Assembly: GCF_009914755.1 (NCBI RefSeq) | Contig: NC_060933.1 | Source of the DNA: the human T2T-CHM13v2.0 reference genome, Homo sapiens | Strand: one strand, 5' to 3' | DNA length: 64,000 nt | Part shown: one piece after another, positions 15,233 to 30,708 of the stretch | How the letters are laid out: the number at the start of each line of letters is the position of its first letter | Numbering within the stretch: position 1 is the first letter of the stretch | Made by a program: the position numbers and the translations under genes | Notes under the pieces: model-generated | Seen by the model: only the letters and a program-made list of their open reading frames with translations | Databases searched by the model: none | Told to the model about the DNA's origin: nothing

Positions 15233-15830
15233 ATTTAACCAAAATTTATTGACCAATATTCCAGGTACTTTATTCCCAGACAAGCATTGGTAGGTAAGAT
15301 AAGAAAGAATTTCCCACCCTCAAATAACTAATCATTGCCTGGTGAAAACAAACAAAGCAAACAGGTAATTTTATAGAGCCACAGTGATAAGCAGTACAGT
15401 AACCCAGAGGTGAGACATCTTTGTAGATGCTATCCATACCCCTCTGATCTGCTTGGCACTCATCATATGCACACATGCTATTTGCTTTCTATTCTGAACA
15501 CCTGTGACTCTCTAACTGCATGCTTTTCCTGGATTCAATATGATACCGGCCTACATGGGGAAGCCTGGAAGTTTTAGGGAATTCTGGACTAGTATCCAGA
15601 ATGACAGTTAAAAGTTGGCTGGGAGAAGTAGGGGAAGTGTCCCCTGGGCTGAAGAGCAATGTGAGTAAAGGTCCAAAAGCCAGAGAAATACTGTTATACT
15701 TGGGGAAATGCCCTCATGTGGCTGGAATGTAGAATCTAAAGGGGAAAATGAAGACAAATGAGACCCTGGCACGTAATGGCTGCCTAATAAATAAATTATG
15801 TCAATGAGACTGGAGCAAGAGAGTATACCA
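15233..15830 (-). mobile_element. L2 fragments
   Basis: atttattgaccaatattccagg; agagcaatgtgagtaaaggtcc; gtggctggaatgtag. Confidence 0.6.
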
Positions 15831-16519
15831 TGAAATCTGCCTTCCTAAAATCTAGAGAAGAATTACTCTAAGAGGGGTCCTGGGAGCCATATGCATATCA
15901 AATGTTATCTGTAGACTGAAAGAATAATACAGAAAGTCTCAAACATACATGCATTACTTTTTCCTAAACATTATTATAATTAATTAATTAATTACAAATT
16001 CAAATAAATGACCAAACTCATGGTAGCTTTTGGTCATAAATTTTTAGGCACCAGATGTTAAAATTACATCCATTCTTCTGCAAGTAACTGAGAATGTATT
16101 TTATATTAAATGAGAGTTGAAAGGCTGAAATTGCTAACCTGGAGTACATATTTGTGCCTAGGATTTTCCTCCTTGGGGGAATTTTCTCATGCCCCAAGAG
16201 GACACCATTTATCAATTTTGTTTAAGTAATCGTGTGCTTAATGCACCACTTCCTTTCTTATGCCTCCTCATCAGCCTGGGCGTAGCTTTTCTCATACTGG
16301 ACGTCCCAATACCTCAGACCAGCTCTACCTTTCTTGATGTCTTTTATTGCAACCCCCGGGCTTTTTACTTCTGCTCCTTCAGGGTAACTACTTGGAAACT
16401 ACCAATGCCCACTCCACCTACTTGTCTCACTTCTCTGTACCCCTTGGTACCAAAACATTTCATATATGTTCTGTACTTGCTGTTTCATTTCTGCTCCTCC
16501 CTATCTCTCTAAATCTCAT

Positions 16520-17850
16520 TCACATCTGGCTTTCACCCCTACCACACTACCAAAACTATCTTTGTCGAGATCACCAGTGATTTCCATATTATTAAACCCA
16601 TTGGCCTATTTTAAGTCCTCAGGTTCTACGACCTAGAGTCAGCACTTGACAGGTTGACCAACCCCTCCTCCTTGGAATCTTTTGGCTTCCAGGAAAACAC
16701 GTTCTCTTGGTTTTCCTCCTATTTTTCTGGTAGATGCTGCTAAGTTTCCTTTGCCTGTTCCTCCTCATCTCCAGGGCTCACAACTTGAATTGTTTCTTTA
16801 CTCTCCATGTTGTTAGGTTCACATGCAGTCTCATGGCTATATGTGATCAGCACACTGAAACTTCTAAAATTTAACTCTGCTCTGAACAGCTTCCCTGGTA
16901 CCCAGACTTGAATATCCAACTGTGATAGCTCCACTTGGATGTCTAAAAGGAATCTCCAACTTACGTGAGATAAACTCTGGATCTTCTCCCCATGTCAGTT
17001 AGTAGCTACTCTATCTTTCTAGTTGCTTATGCCAAAAACCTTCAAGCTATCCTTGACTCTCCTTGGCCAGGCTTACAGCAAATACTACTAACTCCACCTT
17101 CAGAATCTACCCTCAGTCTTACCACCTTTACTCATATCATGACCACTCTGGTCTAAGCCAACATCACCTCTCCCAGGAGGCAATAGCCTTCCATGCTTCC
17201 ATCCTCACCTTGCTCCTAAAGCTTGTTCTCAGTAAGCAGCCAGAGTGTAACAGAGAGATGTCAAAACATAAGTCACATCGTGTCACCCCTCAGCTCTCCA
17301 TGTCACTCAAAGTAAAAGCCAAAGTCAGAGCAGAGGCTGTCAGGCCCTAGAGGAGCCCATCTCCTATTTACGCACTGACCTTGATTTTCCTCCTATTCTT
17401 CTCCTCACTCACTCTGCTCTAGCCAAACTAGCTTCCTTGCTCTTCTCCAGACATGCCTGCCTGGATCCTTTATACTTGCTGTTCCCTCTACTTGGACTGC
17501 TCTTCCCCTAGATATCTACAAAGTTGTCCCCCTTGCCGAATTCAAATCTTTTCTCAAATGGCACCTTCTTTGACAGGTCATTCTTTTGGTAAGGTACTCT
17601 TTGACTGCCATATTCAAATTATAACTTCCCATCCTGGCCTGCAACTTCCCTTCTCCTTTCCTTGCTTTATGTTTTTCCGTTTAAAACTTCTGTATAATTT
17701 ACCCACTTATCTTGTTTATTCCACAAGGATGTCATGTTTGTCCCTTTTTTTCGCTGATGTGTTTTTGCACCGAAAGAAGTGACTATTGCATAGTTAAAAC
17801 TTAATAAATATGTGTTGATTGATTGATTGAATGAATAACTGAATGAATGG
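16520..17850 (+). mobile_element. L2 (L2a-like) long 3' fragment
   Basis: tctggctttcaccc, atatccaactg..ctccacttggatgtcta; ends aataaatatgtgttgattgattgattgaatgaat. Confidence 0.88.
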
Positions 17851-18714
17851 GTTTGGTGGGATGGGTCTCTGTAGTTAGACCTCTAGAGTTTGACTCATTC
17901 ATATTCCTTCTATTTCTGCTCTGAATCATTCTGACAAATAGTAAATTTGTACACCAAACTTGTCTTTCTGTATGTACATGACAGCAGTGTCATTATCATC
18001 ATGATGTTTTCTGGCACCTTTATATAGAAAAGTAGCATCCTGCTCAAGTGTAGTAACTGGTACAAAAGGCACTCTGGTTATGAACAACAAACTACTTTGA
18101 TATTCAGCATATTAATATATTTTATAAATAGAATGGATTTTTATCTTTTCTGAAGGTCTTAGTAGCATGCAGGCTAGACTAGAGGAGAATCATAACAACC
18201 AAAATTGTACAGTACTTTAGAGTTCACTAAAGTCAAAGGTGGAAGACATTGCTATTATCATCTCTACATCTCATCTAGGAAACTCTGCGAGGTTCCTCAA
18301 GCACAGAGCTTGTCAATGCTGAAGCTAAAACAATAACTCAGACTCCAGAAACTATGTATGTTGCAGTACAAAATAACAAGCACCTCCTTAGATTGCGGCA
18401 CACACACAAAAAGGAAGGTTCAGTAATCCAGAGAGCACCTTATATTTTCATCGTCAATTCACTATGTATTATTAATTTTAAAATTTTGTTCCTGGCATTA
18501 GTAATAGCAGATAAATTGGAAAGTGTAAGAATATGAAAAACAAAAAATAACCTGTAACTTCATCAGTAAAAGACAATAACCATTAACACTTCGATGAATT
18601 TCATCTTTTTTATCTTATCCTAGGATAAGTATATAAAGATAAGATCCTAAAATTAGAATCATGCTATGAGTCTACATGCTTATGGTGCATTTCACAAGAA
18701 TCAAAAGATAGCTT

Positions 18715-19620
18715 ACTGACTCATTCATCCAATATATCGGATGCCTGCTGTATGCCAGGTAGTTATCTAGGCACTGAGGTCGTATCAGTAAGCAAGGAAG
18801 ACTCATTCCCTCCCACCTAGGAGCCTGTAAAATTGCGAGGTGAGACAGACAGCAGACAAAGAGATGAGAAATTGTGAAATAAGAGAGAAAAATAGCCCTT
18901 GAACACCTTATTGGAAAGAATGATGAGAGATGCTGTCAATCCCTAAAGGCTGAGAAGAAGCCAGCTGTGGGCAGTGCCAGAAGCACTGTACTGCTGATGG
19001 ACGGAACAGCACTTACACGCTTTCTTCTACAGAAATGACTTCTGGGTTTGGGGTTTAGAAAGGTTTGTGTGGCCCTGGGGTGGCTCATGAGAGGCAAGGG
19101 AGGCACAGTATGGTGCAGAGATTTGACTTCATCTCTCAAATTATTAAGTCCTTGAAGTCTTTTAAGAATAGGAGTGACACACCCTGATTCATATTTGAAA
19201 ACCTGCATTCTGGCCAACATGTGAGCACTTGACTGTGGGAGGCAGAAGTGAAGTGAGAACGCCTGTGAAGGTTGGTGGCCAGGCAGATGGAGAGAAGTGC
19301 ACACATTGGAGAACTATTTCACAGGTAGAAAGGACAGGGCTTGCTAAAGGTTTGGATGTGGGGGGTGAGAGTGAGAAAAACGAGGGACTCCAATATGATC
19401 CCACATTTCTGCATGAGCAGCTGGGTGCCTCGGAGGACTGGTGGTGCCAGTTACTGGGCTGGGGAAGCCTAGGAGCAGAACGTGTTGGCAGAGAACGAGT
19501 GTGTGAGCAGGTGTGAGAGGACTCAGAGTTTAATATAAAATATGTTGCTTTTGAAATATCTGGGAGAAATCCAGGTGGAGATGTCAGAGAGATAGTTGGA
19601 TGGCAGCAGCTGAAAATCAA
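18715..19620 (-). mobile_element. L2 3' fragment
   Basis: tcattcatccaatatatcggatgcctgctgtatgccagg...atccaggtggagatgtc. Confidence 0.85.
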
Positions 19621-20114
19621 AGTAGAAACAGAGGAAACTGACATTTCTTGAGCTTCTGGTGTTCTAGATGCTGCTCTGATGTTGTTTAATACCTCCATGA
19701 AGCTTCGGAGCTAGTGTACCTGTTTAATAGACAAAGGCACTGCAAATCTGAGTGGTTGACATGACTTGTACTATTAATAAATGGTAATAATAGAAGTGCC
19801 AGAGCCAAAACCTGAATCCCAGTTTGCCTGGCTTCAAAATTAATTCTTGGTTCCCACCAAGACTGACAATTGTTCTCATTTGATTAACATTTAACTGAGC
19901 TAGAATTGGCAATATGGAAATTCAACCAAACACCTCTTAGGAGTGTTTTTAAAATGTAACAAAATATTCATTTGGTACAGTAAATTATAAAATGCCTCCT
20001 ATGGATGTTTCAGAACCAGATTTGTCCTCTGTCTCACCATTGCATTTCCCAGTCTATTAAAAGTATCCAATACCTTGCTGCAATAGGTCAAGTACCAACT
20101 TTTTCATGGAGCCA

Positions 20115-20700
20115 ATTTTAAAATAAACATTTTACTATAGAATAGTTTTAGATTTTTGGAAATGTTGCACAGTTATTATAGATAGTTTCCATATACCTCA
20201 CACTGAGATTCCCCTGTGATTAGCATCTTCCAATACTGTGGTACATTTGTCACAACTAAGGAACCAGTGTTGTTTTATTGCTGTTAACCAAATCCTAAAT
20301 GTTTTTCTGATTTCATTTCTCTTTCCCTAATTTTTTTTCTGGTCTGGAATCACATCCTGGATCCAGCATTACATTTACACATCATGTCTCCCTAGGCTCC
20401 CCTTGGCTAGGACAGATTCTCCGATTTTCATTGATATTCATGACCTTAACGATTTGGGAAAATATTAGTCAGGTATTTTCTCGAATGTCTGAAATTGGGA
20501 TTTGTCTGATGTTTTCATCATGACTAGGTTGGTGTTACGGGTTCTTGGGAGGAAGGCCACAGAAGCGAAGTGCCCTTCTAATCACATCAAAGGTACCTGC
20601 TATCAATACGACTCATCATAGATGATGTCAAGCTTCATCACTTAGCTGAGGCAGTGTTTCCTAGGCTTCTCCACTCTAATGTTACTACTTCCACCCTCCC
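20115..20700 (-). mobile_element. L1MC/L1MD-type 3' UTR
   Basis: ggtacatttgtcacaactaaggaacc; tcatgaccttaacgatttggg..gtcaggtatttt; ggaggaaggccacaga. Confidence 0.8.
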
Positions 20701-20789
20701 ATGGAACATATTTCCATTGTCTTTGATTTCCTTTATATGCTTCTAGAGCTGCCCTGCTATACCTACACAGGTATTAGCTCTAATAATTA

Positions 20790-20950
20790 ATAGAATACTG
20801 AGAATTTGCCAACCAGGCATTGGGCTAAGTAATCACCTTGAAATAGCTCCATATGTAGTATACATATTTCCATTTTATAGGTGGGGAAAACCCCACCCAT
20901 GTTAAGAGAGGTTCTATAATCTGCCCACAGTTACACAGCTTTTGACTCCA
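20790..20950 (-). mobile_element. MIR fragment
   Basis: ccaggcattgggctaagt...ccattttataggtggggaaa...ctgcccacagttacacagct. Confidence 0.65.
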
Positions 20951-21281
20951 GGCTCCATGATCTCATTGCAGGAGTGGTGCTGACCCCTCCCTTTGCCTCC
21001 TGCATTGATCTTAGCAGAGCTCAAGATACAGTAGAAAGGCCAAGCTGAAGGTCCTGAAGACTTTACCATCCTCTTGCTGAGAATTTTTCACTGTATTTGG
21101 GGGGAATTCTTTAGCCTTCAGCATTCTGTTCTTTTCCTTTTACCATTGATTGTTCATTACCACATTGCTAGACACTAAGAAAAAGTAAATTCATGGGCAA
21201 GATGATGCTTTTGTAGGTTACTGTTCTTAGAAGTTGTCTTTCAATTTCATCTACTTGGATTCTAATGAAGATGATTTTTGA

Positions 21282-21609
<328 letters not shown>

Positions 21610-23639
21610 TGTCTGTGGAGTTTTGACTGTGCCACTGACATGCTGTTGGTTCTAGCTGTATCTATATATTTCAGATTCCGGGACCCAGTTGAGTATGTCT
21701 GAATGAAAAGGCTAATACTGTCCATATCAAAAGCTGTTTCATCTGCAGTAGTACATAAACCTGCTTCCCTTTCCTGTGATGATGATGGAAAATGTGTGTT
21801 TGTACTTTTCATCAAAGTTGGGGGAAAATTCCATTCAGCTGTTATTTTTAGGTTGTTAAAAGAGATAAGCTGCAAGGCTATTAAATTCAGTATCTATTGA
21901 TACAATCATGATTAGATCTATTAAGCTAATTTATTTCAGAAGCACAGGAATTAAATCTTAGCTATATTTTCAGCGAAGAAAAATACACATCCCATTATTA
22001 TATATACTTTTGGAAAATGCAAATGCAGTGCAATGCAAACAATTGATATTGTTTACATTCCAGTGCTATTCAGTTTCCCAAAATGTAATAAATGTCTTAT
22101 CTTAAAGAAATACAAAGGATCTGGTTCAGGAAACTTCCAGATTTATGTGCACCTACAATTACTGAATCACATGTTGCTAAAATTTTCATATTTTATATCA
22201 ATGTAAGGGGCAGAATCTTTACACAGATAACATTTTTCCAGAGCCTGACTATTGCCCTATGCATTTTTAAGCTGCCCAATAAATATTTAGTAACATTTTT
22301 TGTGTCTCCAAGTGAAAATAGATCCAGACAATAAACAAACATCACTAATGTACTTCTTTAATTCTTCTTTAATCTTAAACTCTACAGATTTCCAAGAGAT
22401 CATGTGTCAGAAGCTGTGTCCCACATGGCAGACCATGAGCTCTCCAATGTGGGAGATGGGCCCACCTGGCTGCTTAAGTCCCTGGAATGACCACTGTGTG
22501 TCTTGTAGTTGGCACATCTGTTTACCAGCTCAGGAGGAAGAACATGACAGTGATGTTTACAGATACACAGGGGCACTGTGTACAGAATGAATCAATTCAC
22601 TCTGTGTTGGCCCTTATAGATGTATTTCCATCTATATTTTTTGTTCTTATTTTCTCACTGTTCTCATATTCCGTGCTCTCCTGTTTACCTTGTTGCTTTT
22701 GGCATTTTGAGAAGTGTTTTTGTCTTCTTTGTATAAATGTTGTGGATAAAGCACTTAGAGGATTTCAGAGAAAGCTCACTACTATACAAACCTAATAAAT
22801 CTACAACGTCCTGTTATATAGAAAACCAATACTGACTGCCTCTGAGATACAAATACTTGATTTACTTCTTCTATGTTATATAAGTGAAACATTACTATTT
22901 AGAAAAACTTAAGTAGTCAACTGAATCTTTTTTTGTTGTGCTCTGATGCATTTGAAAAGATTCTGTAACCTCATTAAATTATCCCATCCCATTTTACATA
23001 ATTCATCAGTACTTAATTGTACACTGCTTTCTTCCTTTGTCAGTATTTTTTAACAAACTCTGTATTTGATGCATCCTGTGGTTAAGACAAAACAAAATTA
23101 AATGCAATTGTTTCTCTAAAAATCATGATTATTCCTTGGTTCGTTCTTTGAACGTTTCGTGGACTAAGCCAGGCACACTAGGGCATATGGCAGAGGAGGC
23201 AGAATGCCATTGCTCACACTGCTTTGCCCTCTAGAGGCTGGAGGGAGGGGCTTCAATGACTTTCCCTGAAGAACCACTTTTTACCTGGGTTCTAGATATT
23301 TCTCTTAAGAAAGCCACTTTTTGTCCACAGTTCTGACTTAGATTCAGAGGTCTGGGAGATGTTGACTGTTGCCTTTCATGGAGTAACTGCCATTGTGTTT
23401 TTTTAAGAGAGCTTTAATGAATGAGTTTTAGGACTATGTGGAAATTTCTGTGAAATGGTTAAGATTCTCCTATATAGTTTTGAAACTGGGTCATAGAAAT
23501 ACAGAAGAAAAAGAATTAAAATTCTTTCATTACACTTACAGTGACTCCATCCATTGTTTGCAGTGAGTAAGTGACTCATCTGTAACTCAGTATTTTGGGA
23601 GGAGGAGGAGGAAATGCCAAGTTCGAATCACATCCCTTT

Positions 23640-23845
23640 GTGCAGGCAGCAGAGTTGTAGGGGAAGGAGCTGGGCTTGCAGGGTGAGAGGTTGGGGGTCA
23701 TAACTGGGTGCCAGTCTGTGTACTGTAGCTGTTACTTAATCTCTCTGAATATGTTTCTTCATTTGTAAAATGAAGCTAGAATGGCGTCATTAGGAATGTT
23801 AGGTGAGATGAGTCAGCACTGGTTTGACATGTAATAGGCACCAAA
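23640..23845 (+). mobile_element. MIR
   Basis: gttacttaatctctctgaa..gtttcttcatttgtaaaatg; tgacatgtaataggcac. Confidence 0.7.
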
Positions 23846-23919
23846 AAAATGAGTTTTCTTTCCCATTTCTTCTCTAATATCATAGAAAGAGAGCACTGAA
23901 AGGAACCAAATGACATAAC

Positions 23920-24115
23920 TTTTTTTCTTTAAGTTGTGAATTGACGATTTATGTTTGTATACATTTATGGGATACAAAGTGATGTTATGATTTATGAATC
24001 TAATGTGGAATAATTAAATCAAGCTAGTTAATATAGCCACCACCTCAGATAGTTAACTTTTTTGTAATTGTAACATTTGAAATTTACTCTCCTAGCACTT
24101 TTGAAATGCACAATA
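23920..24115 (-). mobile_element. L1MA 3' end
   Basis: ttgtatacatttatgggatacaaagtgatgtt..aaatcaagctagttaatatag..tttgaaatttactctc. Confidence 0.85.
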
Positions 24116-26540
<2,425 letters not shown>

Positions 26541-26786
26541 TCAATTATTCTTCCTCCCTTTCTTTGCTGTTGCCTCTGTAGAACCCTTTCTGGCTTCTCT
26601 TAATTTCACCTACCTGTATTCTTGATCACACTTTCTTAAGCTTCCTAGTCTTGCTCCATCAATGATATCTTGTCCAGGTTATCATTTATCTTGCCTTTTG
26701 CAGTAGAGCCTTCCTTTCAGGCTATTAATATTCCCTTCTCAAGCTCTGAGTAGACTAAAACAGCCAAAATGTGTTTCTTCTCTCTT

Positions 26787-28513
26787 TAAAAAAAAAATTT
26801 GTATTGCACATGTTTAACATATATAACATGATGTTATAAGACATATATAAACAAAATGACAAACCTTAGCTAGTCTAAACAAAAAGGAAAAGGCTCAAAT
26901 GAAATCAAAAATGAAAGTGAAGAAGTTACAACAGATGCCTTAGAAATAAAAAAGGATCATAAGGGATTATTATGAGCAGTTATATGCCAAAAAATGGGAT
27001 AACCTAGAAGAAATGGATAACTTCTTAGAAAAATACAACATACAAAGATAGAATCAGGAAGAAATAGAAATCCTGAACAGATCAATAACATATAAAGAAA
27101 TTGAAAAAGCAACAAAAACCCTTACAGCAACAAAAAACCTCATGCCTTCATAGTTGAATTTTACCAAATATTCTAAGAAAAATTAATACCAATACTTATG
27201 AAACTCTTCCAAATTACTCGAGGGGGAGTACTTCCTAACACATCTTATAAGGCCACCATCACCTTGATACCTAAGCCAGACAAAGACATCACAAGAAAAG
27301 AAAACTATAAGCCAATTCTCTGATGAACATTAATGTAAAAATCCTCTATAAAATATTAGCAAACTAAAGTCAACAACACATCAAAAAGATTTCATATCAT
27401 GAACAAATGGGATTCATCCCTGACATGCAAGGCTGGTTTAACATATGCAAATCAATCAATGTAATATATCATGTTAACTGAATGAGAGATTAAAAACCAC
27501 ATGATTGTCTCACTTGATGCAGAAAAAGCATTCAACAAAGTCAAAAATCCTTTCTTAATAAAAACTCTTAACATTTTAGGTAAATACGGAAAATTCCTCA
27601 ACATAATAAAGGCCATTTGGAAAAACTCACCGCTAACATTAGAATCAATGGGGAAAAACTGAAAGCTTTTTCATTAAGATCCAGTATGAAGCCAGGTTGT
27701 CTACTCTCTTTAATTCTATTCAACATAGTGTTAGAACTATTAGCAAGAACCATGTGACAAGGAAAAGAAATAAAAGGCATTCAAGTAAGAAAGGAAGAAA
27801 TACAATTATCTCTATTTGAAGGTGGTATGATCTATTACATGTTAAAAAAACTCAAAGATACCACAAATAAGCTTTTAAATAAATTGATGCACTAAAGTTG
27901 TAGGATATGAAATCAACATATAAAAATCAGTATCATTTTTATACACAAATCACAACCTAATTGAAAAAATTGATAAAACAATCCCATTTATGATAGTTTT
28001 TTAAAAAATTAGGAATAAATTTAACCAAGGAGGTGAACAATCTCTACACTGAAACTATAACATTGATGAAAGCAATTAAAGAAAATATAAATTAATGGAT
28101 TGATATCTCATGTTCATAGATTGAAGTAATTATTGCTGTTAAAACACCCATACTACCCAAATCAATATACAGATTCAATGCAACATCTATCAAAATCCTA
28201 ATGGCATTTTTACAAAAATAAGACAGTCCTAAAATTCATATGGAACCATAAAAGACCCTGAATAGCCAAAATGTTTCTGAGAGAAAAATTAAGACATTAC
28301 ACTTTCTGATTTAAAATTATATTACAAAGCTGTAGTAATCAAAACAGTACGGTACTGGCATTAAAACAGACACATAGACCAGTGGAACACAATAGAGTCC
28401 AGAAATAAGTTCATACTTATATGGTCAACTAGTTTTTGACAAGGGAACCAAGAGGATACAATGGTGAAAGAAGAGTCTCTTCAATAAATGGTGCTGGAAA
28501 ATGGTTGCCACAT
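26787..28513. mobile_element. L1MA-type insertion: about 65 bp antisense 3' end joined to about 1.65 kb sense ORF2 (RT region)
   Basis: [15 protein letters not shown] at 27498-27542; FADDM decayed to FEGGM at 27815-27829; TSD tttcttctctctt (26774-26786)/ttccttctctctt (28513-28525). Confidence 0.88.
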
Positions 28514-29127
28514 TCCTTCTCTCTTGTAATTCTTCCAAAATATTACTCCTTCTTCTCTTGCCCTTTCTTATGCTCATTGATAGATGCTTAACAATCAGCT
28601 CACTCCATTACAGATGTGCTTCTATCCCCACCATCTCTAACCCTGAAGACTCTCAAAAATTACCAGTGATGCCTCGAGGAACAAATCCGATTATGTTTTA
28701 TCAGCTCTCCTCACACTGACCTTTGAAATAACGAATGTCTTTCTTTGTAAAACTCTTTCCTCCCTCAGCCTCTCTGGTACTCTGCTTGCTTTGTTTTTGC
28801 TGGACCTCTATAATCATATGTTCATCCTGCCTTTCCCTCATCCTGCCACACAAATGTAGACTTGCCCCAAAACTGTTTCCTTAAGCCTTCCTGCTCTTTC
28901 TCTAAGCATAAACTCACATCTTCAACTATGACATCTTGGTAAACATTTTTCCAGTCAAGACTTTCAGTCCCATCTTCTGTCCACAGACCCAGGCATGCAT
29001 ACCCCAAGGCTTCCTGATATTTTCTTCCTAAATTATCCACTGCTGCTTCATAGCCTGAAATTGAACCCATCTTCCCAGGGAAGACGAGACTCTTCCTGAG
29101 CTTCTCTGCTTGTACCAGTGGCACCAA

Positions 29128-29177
29128 CTTAGTCAAGTGGTCACGAATGCTTAGTCAAGTGGTCATGAATGCTTAGT
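29128..29177. repeat. 22-bp tandem duplication
   Basis: cttagtcaagtggtcacgaatg cttagtcaagtggtcatgaatg cttagt. Confidence 0.95.
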
Positions 29178-29324
29178 GCAGTCATATGCTCTTCTTCAAT
29201 GAGATGTCAAAGGTATGCATCCAACCTCTGATATGATTTTGCATTTTTCCTTTTTTTACCAACTGCTACTACCCCAGATAAGGGCTTGAACACTTTTGCT
29301 AAATGAAATAGAGAGAAATGATTT

Positions 29325-29366
29325 TGTGTGTGTGTGTGTGTGTGTGTACGTGTGTGTGTGTGTGTG
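29325..29366. repeat. (TG)n microsatellite
   Basis: 42 bp of alternating purine-pyrimidine; the tacg interruption keeps the alternation. Confidence 0.97.
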
Positions 29367-30421
29367 GCCAATTCATAGCTGCCTACAACACTGTGTTGAG
29401 AAGAAATCAGATGTTGCATTTGGGAAAGGGTGCATTATCACCTGGCAATGTTTGCCAAGAGTGTGGAAGAGAGAATGGCAGCCTGTCTGGCACAGACTCT
29501 CTCAAGAGTTTTCTAATTGATCTGCTCACTTCTGACCTCTCCCTCATTTCTCTTCATGTATAAAACATTATAGATTATTCTTCTGAAAGCACAGTTCTGA
29601 TGGCTCAAAATTGTCTACTACATTAAGGTATACATCCAACCTCTGATATGATACATCCTAGCCCAGAATCCAGAATTTTCACATTTTTCATCCCACACCC
29701 CATGTACTTCTCCAGTCTTTGGCTCCTCTGCTGCAGCCAAACTCAACTACTCTCTCCTTCCCAAACATTCTTGTCCTTGCTTCCTCCTCTTTACCCAAAA
29801 TATATGATCCCTCACTCTTCCCCTTCACCCTTCAAGCATGAACTCATTTATTGCTTCCTTCTCGGGACTTTCTCCAATTTCTCCTACCTACTGGGCATTT
29901 TCTCATTTCTGAATCCCTTTGGTACATTCCAATTTTCTGATACAAATAAGCAGTGGTGTCAAATAGGATGCTGTGCACAAACTAGGTCACCCAAGTGTCT
30001 TGTCTGCTTACTCCTAATGAGTCATGCTCTCCCTCTCTCCTCTCTTATGGTTTAGATCTCTTGTCATTCCCCTTCCACCCTACTGTAACCTCATTATGGG
30101 CAGGAACTACGTATACTCTATATCCTACCATGCTTCCTCGTAGTCGCTGGAGCATCTCCCATAGATTATTGTTTGATGGCATTGGATTGAACTGTCCCAA
30201 ACAACTACTAAAAAGTAATGCTGTGTATTACTTTTTATTTGCATTTTATTTGAAGTGTCTGAAATGGAGTTTGTATCTGACGAAGACCATCAAGGTGGGA
30301 GTAACAAGTTAAGGTCTGTTGAGCTGTTACATGGCAGGTGTTAGATCAGGGAATTCCTACCTCATTATATCAGGGATGCAAACAAAGATGAAATCCAAAA
30401 CATTACTAAGAGAGTCTACAG

Positions 30422-30708
30422 CAGCGCTGTCCAATGGAAATATAATGCAAGCCACATATGTAATCTAAAATTTTCTAATAGATGCATTTAAAAGAAAAGA
30501 AATAGGTCAAATGAGTAATTTAAAATATTGTTTTGACGTTCAATCAATATTTAAAAATTATAAATGGGATAGCTTATATTCCTATTGTGATAGTAAATCT
30601 TAGGAATTCCTATATTTTTCACTTACAGCATACGTCAGTTTGGACTAGTCGTATTTCAAGTGCTCCATAGCTACTCGGGGTTTGTGACTGCCTTACTGGG
30701 CATTGCAG
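30422..30708. mobile_element. MER33-type hAT-Charlie MITE
   Basis: cagcgctgtccaat ... ctgggcattgcag; 8-bp TSD gtctacag/gtctagag. Confidence 0.88.

Larger units (their letters stand above)
28560..30190 (+). mobile_element. L2 fragments (about 28560-29130 and 29500-30190)
   Basis: aaaactctttcctccctc; tctgaaagcacagttctgat; actgtaacctcattatgggcagga. Confidence 0.65.

Noticed and set aside
18610-18642. 16-bp palindrome CTTATCCTAGGATAAG with GATA cores
   Set aside because: About one such palindrome is expected per 64 kb, and it appears to lie in old L1 sequence
19189-19698. Longest ORF (169 aa, -)
   Set aside because: Lies in an L2 fossil; Ser/Pro-rich, no start ATG context or domain recognised
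29128-29177. CRISPR-like array reading of short repeats (also 25876, 53148)
   Set aside because: Eukaryotic DNA; adjacent duplications without unique spacers or cas genes
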